Shown here one piece after another: positions 1-6,916 of a stretch of 36,921 bases of DNA. The notes under the pieces are model-generated. The model saw only the letters and a program-made list of their open reading frames with translations. It did not search any database and was not told where the DNA came from. The DNA comes from a virus. Within the stretch, counting starts at the first letter, position 1; every line of letters begins with the position of its first letter. Made by a program: the position numbers and the translations under genes. Location: the IMG/VR virus record IMGVR_UViG_3300045988_076101, one strand, 5' to 3'.

Positions 1-119
1 CCCTCAGCTGCACCTACACGGGCAACATGCGCGGGGACATGCTGCGCTGCGGCTTCGAGGACGTGACCGGCAGCGTCGATCTCACGACCGGCGCGGGGCT
101 TGAGCGCGGGGATGTGCTC
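1..119. repeat. Terminal overlap of the window; 1-119 is identical to 36803-36921 (circular/permuted assembly, unit length 36802 bp)
   Basis: Both ends read ccctcagctgcacctacacgggcaacatgcg...cgcggggatgtgctc. The repeat lies inside one ORF (endolysin) and preserves its reading phase. Confidence 0.95.
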
Positions 120-581
120 CTGAACCACGTCCATCACACTGCCCTGTATATCGGCGGCGGTCAGCTCGTGCAGGCGAGCATCAACGAGTACGGCACTACG
201 ACAGGCGGGCAGACCGGCGACCAGACCGGGCGCGAGATATACACACGCGGGTACTATAACTATCCGTGGGACTGCGTGCTCAGATACTCAGGGGGAGACA
301 GCGCGGACGATCCGGAGAGCACGCCGGCCGCCGCGTACTGGCCGCCCCGGCTGCTCCAGTACACGCCGGGGCTTCGGCTCATGGTCGGCCCAGACGTGCG
401 CGCGGTGCAGGCGCTGCTCCTCTGCCGCGGGTACAACCTGGACGTCGACGGAGAGTACGGTCCCGCGACTGCCGCGGCGGTCGGGCGCTTCCAGACGGCC
501 TCCGGGCTTGACACGGACAGCGAGTGCGGCCCCAGAACATGGGCGGCGCTGCTGACACTTCCGGGAGGTGATGCGGCATGA
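1..581 (+). CDS. Endolysin, 3' part (gene starts at 36661 and wraps through the circular junction): NlpC/P60-type cysteine peptidase plus C-terminal peptidoglycan-binding (PG_binding_1-like) domain
   Basis: In-frame continuation of 36661..36921 through the 119-nt overlap. His motif HHTALYIGGGQLVQAS. The C-terminal VRAVQALLLCRGYNLDVDGEYGPATAAAVGRFQTASGLDTDSECGPRTW fits the PG-binding repeat pattern. Stop at 579-581. Confidence 0.85.
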   Translation, partial: LSCTYTGNMRGDMLRCGFEDVTGSVDLTTGAGLERGDVLLNHVHHTALYIGGGQLVQASINEYGTTTGGQTGDQTGREIYTRGYYNYPWDCVLRYSGGDSADDPESTPAAAYWPPRLLQYTPGLRLMVGPDVRAVQALLLCRGYNLDVDGEYGPATAAAVGRFQTASGLDTDSECGPRTWAALLTLPGGDAA

Positions 582-627
582 GATAGAACCACCCGGCAGT
601 TCAACCACAAAACGGAGGACATCTACA

Positions 628-885
628 ATGTCAGAAGCAATAGCGTGCGCCATCATCGCCGGGATCGTTTCAGTCCTCGGCACCTGGCTCGCAAATCGCA
701 GGAGTCAGGCCGTCTTTCAGGCGGTCATTGAAACAAAATTCGAGGAACTCAGCAAGCATGTCGAGAAGCACAATCAGGTCATCGACAGAACCTATGCGCT
801 GGAGACTCAGGCTGCCCTCATGGACGAGCAGATCCGGGTCGCCAACCACCGCATAGCTGATCTGGAAGCTTTTCACAAACCGTAA
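628..885 (+). CDS. Small membrane protein (N-terminal TM + coiled coil), lysis-cassette associated
   Basis: ATG at 628 preceded by SD acggagga. N-terminal IACAIIAGIVSVLGTWL hydrophobic helix followed by a heptad-like region. Lies between the endolysin and the holin. Confidence 0.6.
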   Translation: MSEAIACAIIAGIVSVLGTWLANRRSQAVFQAVIETKFEELSKHVEKHNQVIDRTYALETQAALMDEQIRVANHRIADLEAFHKP

Positions 886-887
886 AT

Positions 888-904
888 GTGCCCTATTCGG
901 GCAC
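888..904. repeat. Palindrome family copy 1 (GTGCCCTATTCGGGCAC, degenerate centre)
   Basis: Starts 3 nt after the TAA of the 628..885 gene. Shares the GTGCCC/GGGCAC arms with six other copies. Confidence 0.8.
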
Positions 905-924
905 AAATCGAAAGGAGTCAAAAC

Positions 925-1191
925 ATGGAAATAGTAGGCATAGCGAGCGTGGCGGCGATCACCGTCATCGCATATCTTATCGGCGAGGTAGTCAAGGCAA
1001 CCGGCCTTGATAACAAGTGGATCCCCGTCATCTGCGGGGTCTGCGGCGGCGCGCTGGGAGTCGTGGGCATGATGATTATGCCGGAGTTTCCGGCGACGGA
1101 CTACATAACCGCCGTCGCCGTCGGCATCGTGTCCGGTCTCGCAGCTACAGGAGCTAATCAGATTGTTAAGCAGCTGGGCAAGTCCGAATAA
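925..1191 (+). CDS. Holin (about 88 aa, three predicted TM helices)
   Basis: SD aaaggag upstream of ATG 925. Three hydrophobic helices (IVGIASVAAITVIAYLIGEVV, WIPVICGVCGGALGVVGMMIM, ITAVAVGIVSGLAATGA) and a charged C-terminus. Adjacent to the endolysin. Confidence 0.75.
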   Translation: MEIVGIASVAAITVIAYLIGEVVKATGLDNKWIPVICGVCGGALGVVGMMIMPEFPATDYITAVAVGIVSGLAATGANQIVKQLGKSE

Positions 1192-1201
1192 CTATTAACA
1201 G

Positions 1202-1226
1202 GGCCTGACGCAAGCCGCGTCAGGCC
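1202..1226 (+). terminator. GC-rich hairpin after the holin (10-bp stem ggcctgacgc/gcgtcaggcc, 5-nt loop), no U tract
   Basis: Perfect inverted repeat read directly. No T run follows, so terminator function is uncertain. Confidence 0.3.
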
Positions 1227-1240
1227 GCACAGGAGGAGCG

Positions 1241-1519
1241 TTGCCGCGCTCCGGGCTTGCCGGCCGATATGATATGACGATATCGGCAGAGCTGCGCGAG
1301 CAGCTTTTAAGACCGCATAGCAAGCCCAGTCTGTCGTTCCCGCGAGAGCTCAGAGAGCAGCTGGAACGCGACTGCGGCTTCACCGACGATGAGATCACCG
1401 TCCTGCGTCTCTGCGGGCGCGGATGGTGCTATGCAAAGATAGCCGACGAGCAGCATTGCAGCGTCGAGGTCATTAAGCGGCGGGTGCGGTCGATTAAGAA
1501 TAAGATAGCGAACTTATAG
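1241..1519 (+). CDS. LuxR / sigma-70 region-4-type HTH regulator (start ambiguous: TTG 1241 or ATG 1274)
   Basis: The C-terminal FTDDEITVLRLCGRGWCYAKIADEQHCSVEVIKRRVRSIKNKI matches the region-4/LuxR HTH pattern. SD aggagg at 1231-1236. Confidence 0.6.
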   Translation: MPRSGLAGRYDMTISAELREQLLRPHSKPSLSFPRELREQLERDCGFTDDEITVLRLCGRGWCYAKIADEQHCSVEVIKRRVRSIKNKIANL

Positions 1520-1558
1520 CACAGAACGCAGCAGGTTCAAGCCTGCTGCGTTCTGTGC
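1519..1558. terminator. Bidirectional hairpin between convergent genes (17-bp perfect stem, 6-nt loop)
   Basis: gcacagaacgcagcagg-ttcaag-cctgctgcgttctgtgc read directly. Lies between the + gene ending at 1519 and the - gene ending at 1537. No clear U tract. Confidence 0.55.
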
Positions 1559-1764
1559 GCTTCAATATCCTTTTTAATGAGAGTCTTTATGTATTCTCCC
1601 ACGGGCAGCCCCTGTGCTTCAGCCGCGCCCTTAACAATGTCGCGCGTGAGGCCGTCGCGGCCGTCCTTCCGGAACTGGATAGTAACGGCGTCGTAAGTCT
1701 CCCGCTTATGGTTCCGGCGGTACTTGGTGCCCTCGATCTCTTCCCAGGTTGATTTATTCGGCAT
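1537..1764 (-). CDS. Ribbon-helix-helix (Arc/CopG-like) DNA-binding protein
   Basis: Start ATG at 1764 overlaps the stop of the upstream gene (coupled). The beta-strand/helix/helix pattern YDAVTIQFRKDG..LTRDIVKGAAEAQGLPVGEYIKTLIKKDIE is typical of RHH. Confidence 0.55.
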   Translation of the reverse strand: MPNKSTWEEIEGTKYRRNHKRETYDAVTIQFRKDGRDGLTRDIVKGAAEAQGLPVGEYIKTLIKKDIEAHRTQQA

Positions 1765-2029
1765 CGCTTTCAAAGTCCTTCCCGTCGTCGAACTCGACGC
1801 CGTTTTCAACGAGGCAGAGCGAGCAGAACAGGCTGTCGTTGGGCGTGTTCATCATCTGCACGAGGTGGTATCCCTCGACCTTCCGGAGCCTCTGCGCGAT
1901 GTCTCGCGTGTCCTGCGCGCTGATGTGGTTGATGCCCAGCTCTGCGGCGGTCTCTCTCAGGGAGACGATGCGCATATCCTGTGACTTCTCGATCATCTTG
2001 TTAATCACGTTCTCCTTAAATTCTTTCAT
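1754..2029 (-). CDS. Small HTH-like protein, first gene of the minus-strand two-gene operon
   Basis: SD aaggag 8 nt upstream of ATG 2029. Putative HTH VSLRETAAELGINHISAQDTRDIAQRL. Family not recognised. Confidence 0.5.
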   Translation of the reverse strand: MKEFKENVINKMIEKSQDMRIVSLRETAAELGINHISAQDTRDIAQRLRKVEGYHLVQMMNTPNDSLFCSLCLVENGVEFDDGKDFESDAE

Positions 2030-2065
2030 TTCCGTTTCTCCTTTTCTTTCACTTGGGATGGTTTA

Positions 2066-2093
2066 ATTATACCACACCAAGTGTAAAAGTCAA
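2066..2093 (-). promoter_or_regulatory. Near-consensus sigma-70-type promoter for the 2029->1537 operon
   Basis: The minus strand reads TTGACT-16 nt-TATAAT with an extended -10 TGG (ttgacttttacacttggtgtggtataat). Confidence 0.55.
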
Positions 2094-2104
2094 GCATTTT
2101 CTTG

Positions 2105-2167
2105 AAGTTTTTTTTAAAAAACTTTCGCACGAAACGTACACCAAGAGACGCTCAAACGTACACGTTT
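2105..2167. promoter_or_regulatory. Divergent control region: A/T palindrome (aagtttttt tt aaaaaactt) and two AAACGTACAC direct repeats 22 bp apart
   Basis: Palindrome at 2105-2124. Repeats at 2132-2141 and 2154-2163; the second is part of aaacgtacacgttt. Candidate operators, read directly. Confidence 0.3.
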
Positions 2168-2248
2168 GGGCGCTGTTTTAAGCTTAAACTTAAGGCAGGA
2201 AGCCCGGAGCGCTACGGGCTGAAAAAAATCATGACAGGAGGAAAACGC

Positions 2249-2779
2249 ATGGAATATGCAAGCAAGGCCACAGCTGACGCCGGCCTGACCACCGGCATCA
2301 TCGGCACCGCGCTCGGCGCTCTGAACTCCGGCATCTTCAATGGCGGACTCGGCAATCTCTTCGGCGGCAACGCCTCCGCGGCTGATCTCTCCGGCATGGC
2401 AGCCGGTGCTGCTCTCGCCGCTGCTTTCGGCGGCGGTCGCACTGTTCCCAGCGAGGACAAGCCCGTCAGCCGCTACGAGCTCGATCTCGTCCAGGAGAAC
2501 GCCATCCTTAAGGCGCAGGCTGATGTCGACAAGAAGCTCGTTGATGTCTATAACAACATCAACGGCCAGGTCGGAGCGCTGAAGGATCGATTCAGCGACT
2601 TTGAGAAGCAGCAGCTCGTTTACAACGGTGTCAACAACGCCGCTGTCAGCGTGCTTCAGTCTCAGGTCGCGGCTCTCATGGGCCTGACGAAGACCGTCAT
2701 CCCTAACGGGAACGTCTGCCCCGGCTGGGGTGACGTCAAGGTTCAGATCGTGACGCCCGCCGCCGGTTCGACCACCTAA
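2249..2779 (+). CDS. Hypothetical protein with a Gly/Ala-rich (glycine-zipper-like) N-terminal segment and a coiled-coil C-terminal half
   Basis: SD aggagga 6 nt upstream of ATG 2249. GLTTGIIGTALGALNSGIFNGGLGNLFGG segment. GC3-rich codons. Family not recognised. Confidence 0.6.
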   Translation: MEYASKATADAGLTTGIIGTALGALNSGIFNGGLGNLFGGNASAADLSGMAAGAALAAAFGGGRTVPSEDKPVSRYELDLVQENAILKAQADVDKKLVDVYNNINGQVGALKDRFSDFEKQQLVYNGVNNAAVSVLQSQVAALMGLTKTVIPNGNVCPGWGDVKVQIVTPAAGSTT

Positions 2780-2837
2780 GCCATAGCAAACCGGGGGAGG
2801 CGTATGCCTCCCCTGCTGTAATGAAAGGATTTGAAAC

Positions 2838-3176
2838 ATGGTCAGTATAGACAGAATTCAATCCGGGATTGCCCGGTATCTTGATACAGAGATCGTTCCG
2901 AAGATGAGCGGAGTCAATAAGTGGCTGGTGTCGGCTGTTGCGTCGGCTTACATCTCGGATGCTCCGGAACTCCTCCGGAAGCTGAACGGAAACAAAGCCA
3001 TCGCCGCGCTGAATCTTATCGACGAAGCCGGTAATGTGGACGTTGAAAAAATATACCAGTCGCTGAAACCGGCAGCGGCGAAGTGCCCTGCGCCCATCAC
3101 CCTGCCAATCATAGGCACGCTGACCTTCACGGAGCAGGATGTGGACAGCCTGTATGCCTATATCATGCAGAGCTGA
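2838..3176 (+). CDS. Hypothetical protein (112 aa)
   Basis: ORF with a weak SD (gaaagga). Same strand and operon as 2249 and 3191. Confidence 0.55.
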   Translation: MVSIDRIQSGIARYLDTEIVPKMSGVNKWLVSAVASAYISDAPELLRKLNGNKAIAALNLIDEAGNVDVEKIYQSLKPAAAKCPAPITLPIIGTLTFTEQDVDSLYAYIMQS

Positions 3177-3190
3177 GAAAGGAAATTAAG

Positions 3191-3685
3191 ATGAACAAAG
3201 AACACATATCCGACTATAAAGCCCGGCTTGAAAAAGAGCTGTCCGAATTCATGAATCTGCCCGTCACCGAGGGCTCCGCCGAGGCGGTCAAGAGCATGAT
3301 CGAATGCCTGGACGCTGTCGAGCATCTGGAGCACTGCACCGGGATTGAGGACGACACCCACACCAGCGAGCGCCTGACCGACAGTGAACTTCGCGCATGG
3401 CTCCAGCGGATGGACAATGCCGACGGCTCGACCGGCCAGCACTGGACGGAGGATCAGACCGCCAGCATCGCCGCAGCGATCGGCGTGGCGTTCGACCATA
3501 TCACGGCCGAGGAGTTCTGCGCCGCGATGAATATGATGTATTCGGATTACTTCCCCGTCGGCGTCAAATACGGCATCGACCGGCCGGAGTTCTACGCCGA
3601 TCTTGCCAAGGCGTTCCTGTTCGACAAGGACGGTCCGGCACCTTCGGAGAAGCTCGCCGAGTACTATCACAAGGTCGTAAAATAG
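3191..3685 (+). CDS. Hypothetical protein (164 aa)
   Basis: ATG 3191 after gaaaggaaattaag. Conserved-looking motif MDNADGSTGQHWTEDQT...MNMMYSDY. Family name not recalled. Confidence 0.6.
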   Translation: MNKEHISDYKARLEKELSEFMNLPVTEGSAEAVKSMIECLDAVEHLEHCTGIEDDTHTSERLTDSELRAWLQRMDNADGSTGQHWTEDQTASIAAAIGVAFDHITAEEFCAAMNMMYSDYFPVGVKYGIDRPEFYADLAKAFLFDKDGPAPSEKLAEYYHKVVK

Positions 3686-3694
3686 GGCTCAAAA

Positions 3695-3782
3695 AGTATC
3701 TTGAAAGTATCTTGAGAGAGTCAGTATCTTGACCAGTATCTTGAAAAATTGAGGGTATTTGACGAGACTTGAGCAGACCTGA
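3695..3782 (+). repeat. attP arm: four perfect AGTATCTTGA direct repeats (3695, 3706, 3723, 3735) plus three degenerate copies (3754, 3764, 3774)
   Basis: Read directly, with spacing of 10-17 bp. The same decamer recurs twice on the other side of the core (3936, 3948). Confidence 0.75.
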
Positions 3783-3794
3783 GAAAACGAAAAA

Positions 3795-3824
3795 CCCTGT
3801 AGTTTCAACGACTACAGGGCTTTT
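3795..3824 (+). terminator. Rho-independent terminator closing the 2249-3685 operon
   Basis: ccctgtagt-ttcaacg-actacaggg followed by cttttcc. An A run upstream makes it potentially bidirectional. Confidence 0.7.
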
Positions 3825-3827
3825 CCT

Positions 3828-3874
3828 TGGAGCTGCTACCCAGATTCGAACTGGGGACCTCATCCTTACCAAGC
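3828..3874 (-). other. attP core: 3' portion of a tRNA-Thr(GGU)-like gene (anticodon loop to CCA)
   Basis: The minus strand reads CTTGGTAAGGATGAGGTCCCCAGTTCGAATCTGGGTAGCAGCTCCA. This gives T arm CCCAG-TTCGAAT-CTGGG, acceptor 3' strand TAGCAGC, discriminator and CCA, with loop TTGGTAA. There is no matching 5' acceptor strand upstream, so it is a fragment. Confidence 0.75.
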
Positions 3875-3932
3875 GGTTGGTGTTCGCGGCTATGTCCATT
3901 GAATTTTCAAGGGAGACACCGTTTTTACGCAG

Positions 3933-5126
3933 TTAAGTATCTTGAAAAGTATCTTGAGAGCTGAAGGCAGCAAGCACAGATTTTGCGGTATCTTCCGGGC
4001 GATTTTGCATCAGATGTGCGTATATATTCAGCGTGATCGCCGCCGTAGCGTGACCGGCGAGATACTGCGCCGTCTTGACATCTGCGCCGGACAGGATCAG
4101 CTCGGAAATGTATGTATGACGCAGCAGGTGCCGCGTTACATGGAAGTCGAAGGCAACCTTGACATTCCTATACGGAACATCATCCCCGACCTTCAGATCT
4201 TTTGTGATCGTCTTTCCATTGTTCTTATTATCCTTGTAGGTCACGGTGTGAACTTCGCGCACGGCGACGGCCTCCCATTCGTGCCGAAAGGACATGCTTG
4301 TATGAGGCGATCCGTCCCGGCGGCAGCAGACATAGCCGCTGTCGCGCCTGACGCTGCGCAGATGCTCCGTCAGAACGGGCGGTATCGGGACATCACGCCG
4401 CGCTGATTTGCTCTTAAGAGTATCCGTCAGAACAGGCTGATTGTGCTCCCATCGTAGAGCACGGCGGACACGGATGTGAGGAGCCTTGCCGTCGAGGTCG
4501 ACGCAGTCCCATTGCAGCCCCAGCGCCTCCTCCCTACGGAGTCCGGCATACATACAGAGCATGACGAAAGTCAGTATACGCTCCCCTTGCAGCTCTTTAA
4601 TGAGCGCGGTCTGCTGTTCTTTCGTCAGCGCGACCTTTTCGGGTGGCTTGCTGCCGCCGGCTTTAAGCCCCCGACACGGAGAGCGGCTGATCAGCTCGTT
4701 TTCCTCGGCTGCTGCAAACATCATCTTGAGCGTCGTGACGATCTTCTGCTGGCTCGCTTTCGACAGGTTCGCCGCGGCCAGCATTACGGCGCGAATGTTA
4801 TCCGGCTTCACCTCATCGAGACGCTGCTGCCCGATGACCGGGCAGATATGATTATTTATCGCGTTTCTGTGGCTCTGCCGCCCGCTGGAGGACAGCCCGG
4901 CGGTGTTCAGCTCGTACCACTTCGCAGCGTACTCAAATACATACGGCGACTGCGGGTTTTCCATCTCGGCAAACTCCGCCTCTTTTTCGCGCAAGCGCTC
5001 ACGCAGCTCAGCTTTCGTCTTACCGTAAATCGCAAGCCACTTGCCAGTCTGCGGATTTCTTATTTGCTTTTTATAGAGTTGCTTTTCTTTAACCCACGTA
5101 AACTCCGGGCGATTGTTCTTCGGCAT
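3933..5126 (-). CDS. int: Tyrosine recombinase / phage integrase
   Basis: 397 aa. Catalytic-type motifs AGLRREEALGLQW, HLLRHTYISE and GHATAAITLNIYAHL. SD aggtga upstream. Adjacent to the tRNA-like core. Confidence 0.9.
   Translation of the reverse strand: MPKNNRPEFTWVKEKQLYKKQIRNPQTGKWLAIYGKTKAELRERLREKEAEFAEMENPQSPYVFEYAAKWYELNTAGLSSSGRQSHRNAINNHICPVIGQQRLDEVKPDNIRAVMLAAANLSKASQQKIVTTLKMMFAAAEENELISRSPCRGLKAGGSKPPEKVALTKEQQTALIKELQGERILTFVMLCMYAGLRREEALGLQWDCVDLDGKAPHIRVRRALRWEHNQPVLTDTLKSKSARRDVPIPPVLTEHLRSVRRDSGYVCCRRDGSPHTSMSFRHEWEAVAVREVHTVTYKDNKNNGKTITKDLKVGDDVPYRNVKVAFDFHVTRHLLRHTYISELILSGADVKTAQYLAGHATAAITLNIYAHLMQNRPEDTAKSVLAAFSSQDTFQDT
3936..3957 (+). repeat. attP arm on the integrase side: two AGTATCTTGA repeats (3936-3945, 3948-3957)
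   Basis: Identical decamers in the same orientation as the four at 3695-3744. They overlap the last integrase codons (..QDTFQDT*). Confidence 0.7.
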
Positions 5127-5145
5127 AGGCTCACCTATAAATTGA

Positions 5146-5168
5146 CCTGTGCCCTAATTGGGCACAGG
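5146..5168. repeat. Palindrome family copy 2 (cctGTGCCCtaattGGGCACagg; 9-bp arms)
   Basis: Intergenic, between the integrase start and the stop of the Ltp-like gene. Confidence 0.8.
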
Positions 5169-5178
5169 CTGTAATCTG

Positions 5179-6051
5179 TTAATATCCTGCTTTTGCGACG
5201 CCGTACTCGGCTTGTTCTTGAGAGAACCCCTCATATTTGAGCTGGTCAATCAGCCCTGACTTCGAGAACGAGGAGTGTTTCAGATACGATTCCGCGCACT
5301 TTGCTGCCTGTTCGTACCAGTCAGCGCCGCAGTTGTCGGCAGCAAACAGAGCTTCGGCATGAGTATACCCCTCATATTCGAGCTGTCCGATCAGGCCGGT
5401 GTACGAGAAAGACGAAGACCGCAGGTATGACAGCGCGGACTTGAGCGCGTTTTCCTCCCCAACGGTCTCGGCTGCTCTTAGCTTAGCCGAGGATGTCAAG
5501 TCGCCGGACGATATTTCATCGAAATAAGTCAGAACATCGTAAGAGACTGCCCCGTCGTAGATCTCAATCAGCGTATGCAGTCCCGTGTTCCCGTTGCTGT
5601 TGCGGAACGCCACGAAATCATTGTCATTGACAACAAGAATGTTAATGACAGGGTCGGTGCAGCCGTCGGCGACGAACTTATCAGTCAGCTCTTTACTCTT
5701 AGCGCATAAGGAGTCCTTAAGCGCCGTCCAATCATCATCTTGGTTGTTGTGCTCGGCGGAGAGCTGAATCGCTTGTTGTGTTATCGTTGTGTCCGCAAGG
5801 TACACCGTGAATGAAACCCCGCGGCTATTAGAATCGGCCTGAACGACAACAGCATCAAAGTCCCCGTTAAATGCCGAAGCTATAGCAAGTTTATAATTTC
5901 TCAGATCGTCTTCCGGTGTCGGCTCGGGTGTTGCGAGCTCAGCGGTTGACATCACGGGCTGCACACTGGAGGCCGGCGTCTTTGACATGGTGCCCATCAG
6001 AACGCCAAGAACAGCAATCAGAATGAGCAGATACCTCCACTTCAACTTCAT
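5179..6051 (-). CDS. Membrane-anchored protein with two C-terminal Ltp-type (host cell surface-exposed lipoprotein) repeats; superinfection-exclusion candidate
   Basis: N-terminal signal/anchor LLILIAVLGVLMG with no lipobox Cys. The C-terminus NALKSALSYLRSSSFSYTGLIGQLEYEGYTHAEALFAADNCGADWYEQAAKCAESYLKHSSFSKSGLIDQLKYEGFSQEQAEYGV fits the Ltp repeat pattern twice. Confidence 0.75.
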   Translation of the reverse strand: MKLKWRYLLILIAVLGVLMGTMSKTPASSVQPVMSTAELATPEPTPEDDLRNYKLAIASAFNGDFDAVVVQADSNSRGVSFTVYLADTTITQQAIQLSAEHNNQDDDWTALKDSLCAKSKELTDKFVADGCTDPVINILVVNDNDFVAFRNSNGNTGLHTLIEIYDGAVSYDVLTYFDEISSGDLTSSAKLRAAETVGEENALKSALSYLRSSSFSYTGLIGQLEYEGYTHAEALFAADNCGADWYEQAAKCAESYLKHSSFSKSGLIDQLKYEGFSQEQAEYGVAKAGY

Positions 6052-6075
6052 CCTCGTCGCCTCCTGATAAAATCG

Positions 6076-6098
6076 CCGGTGCCCGAATCGGGCACCGG
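6076..6098. repeat. Palindrome family copy 3 (ccgGTGCCCGAATCGGGCACcgg; 23-nt perfect palindrome)
   Basis: Intergenic, between the 6106..6651 and 5179..6051 minus-strand genes. Confidence 0.85.
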
Positions 6099-6105
6099 CG
6101 TGAAT

Positions 6106-6651
6106 TTATTTCCCCCGCCGCTCTTTGCGGCTTATTACAAAGAAATACACCGTCGCGGTGACGCCGGCCGTCAGCGCAACGATCACGACCGCTCCGACTA
6201 CGGACGGGGCGCCTCGCCACAGGCCGAAGTCGGGGTCTATGATATCAAGTCTCAAATACGGGACAAGCGCGATGATCGCCATCGCTGCGACGAAGGTCAG
6301 GCAGTAAATCAACCTGTCCTTTGCCCTCAGCGCCCGCCGGTGCTGCTGAAATGATCGTTCCAGCAGCTCATTTTCTCTCTTAACCGCCGCATTATCGTGC
6401 TCGAGCACCTCTATGCGGTGCTCGTTCTCCGGCGTCTTATCCGGGATTTCAATGCCGAAATACTCGTCCAGCGACACATTGCAGACCCGGCAGATCGGGC
6501 CGACCGTGTACACCGACGGGTCCTTTGACGCTCTCGCGAAGAATCCGTTAACCGTCGCTTCCGGTACTCCGGACAGCTCCGCGATGCGCCTGCTTGAGTT
6601 GTTCCCCTTATTTGCCCGACACAGATCTTTTAACAGCGGCTTTTCCGCCAT
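6106..6651 (-). CDS. Membrane-tethered XRE-type HTH protein (HTH + coiled coil + two C-terminal TM helices)
   Basis: N-terminal NNSSRRIAELSGVPEATVNGFF...CNVSLDEYFG is an XRE-like HTH. The C-terminal LIYCLTFVAAMAIIALVPYL and VVGAVVIVALTAGVTATVYFFVI are hydrophobic helices. Confidence 0.65.
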   Translation of the reverse strand: MAEKPLLKDLCRANKGNNSSRRIAELSGVPEATVNGFFARASKDPSVYTVGPICRVCNVSLDEYFGIEIPDKTPENEHRIEVLEHDNAAVKRENELLERSFQQHRRALRAKDRLIYCLTFVAAMAIIALVPYLRLDIIDPDFGLWRGAPSVVGAVVIVALTAGVTATVYFFVISRKERRGK

Positions 6652-6745
6652 TTCCTCGCCCCCAAACCCGTTATATCCTGATTAAGGCATCAGATACCCG
6701 AGCTTCGCGGTCATTTGACCGTGTTTGCGCATAGACATAACCGAT

Positions 6746-6762
6746 GATATTATGATAATATC
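6746..6762. promoter_or_regulatory. 17-bp perfect A/T-rich palindrome GATATTATGATAATATC in the 350-bp intergenic region; candidate operator overlapping a candidate plus-strand promoter (TAGACA-16 nt-GATAAT)
   Basis: Read directly. Flanked at a distance by the 10-bp inverted repeat cagatacccg (6691-6700) / cgggtatctg (6789-6798). Confidence 0.35.
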
Positions 6763-6916
6763 TAAGCGCAGCAGAAAAACCATAACACCGGGTATCTGCT
6801 AAAGCTTCGGTCGAGGCGGCAACCAAGGCCGGAGCAATTCTACAATGAAAGGGGGGCGCAAAGCCGGCAGCCCTGCGGTGTTCCTGTGCGCCGCAAATTT
6901 ATTTTAGGAGGCAACC

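Noticed and set aside
1-119. Biological direct terminal repeat (DTR) of a linear phage genome.
   Set aside because: The repeat lies inside the endolysin ORF and keeps its reading phase, so it is most simply an assembly overlap of a circular contig. The HNH/P27 TerS arrangement points to cos packaging rather than DTRs.
1537-2029. Classical type II toxin-antitoxin module (RHH antitoxin + toxin).
   Set aside because: The partner of the RHH protein is itself HTH-like with an acidic tail and shows no recognisable toxin motif (no RelE/ParE, MazF, PIN or HipA features), and the gene order is also atypical. It is kept only as a low-probability alternative.
3564-3899. 111-codon minus-strand ORF across the attP arm repeats and the tRNA fragment.
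   Set aside because: - It is made up of the arm repeats, the terminator hairpin and the tRNA-like core.
- It has no SD.
- Its repetitive peptide (..FQDTGQDTDSLKIL..) simply mirrors the DNA repeats.
3828-3900. Complete tRNA gene on the minus strand.
   Set aside because: - Only the region from the anticodon loop to CCA is tRNA-like.
- The upstream sequence (aatggacatagccgcgaacaccaaccg) provides no complementary 5' acceptor strand or D arm.
- It is therefore an attP core fragment.
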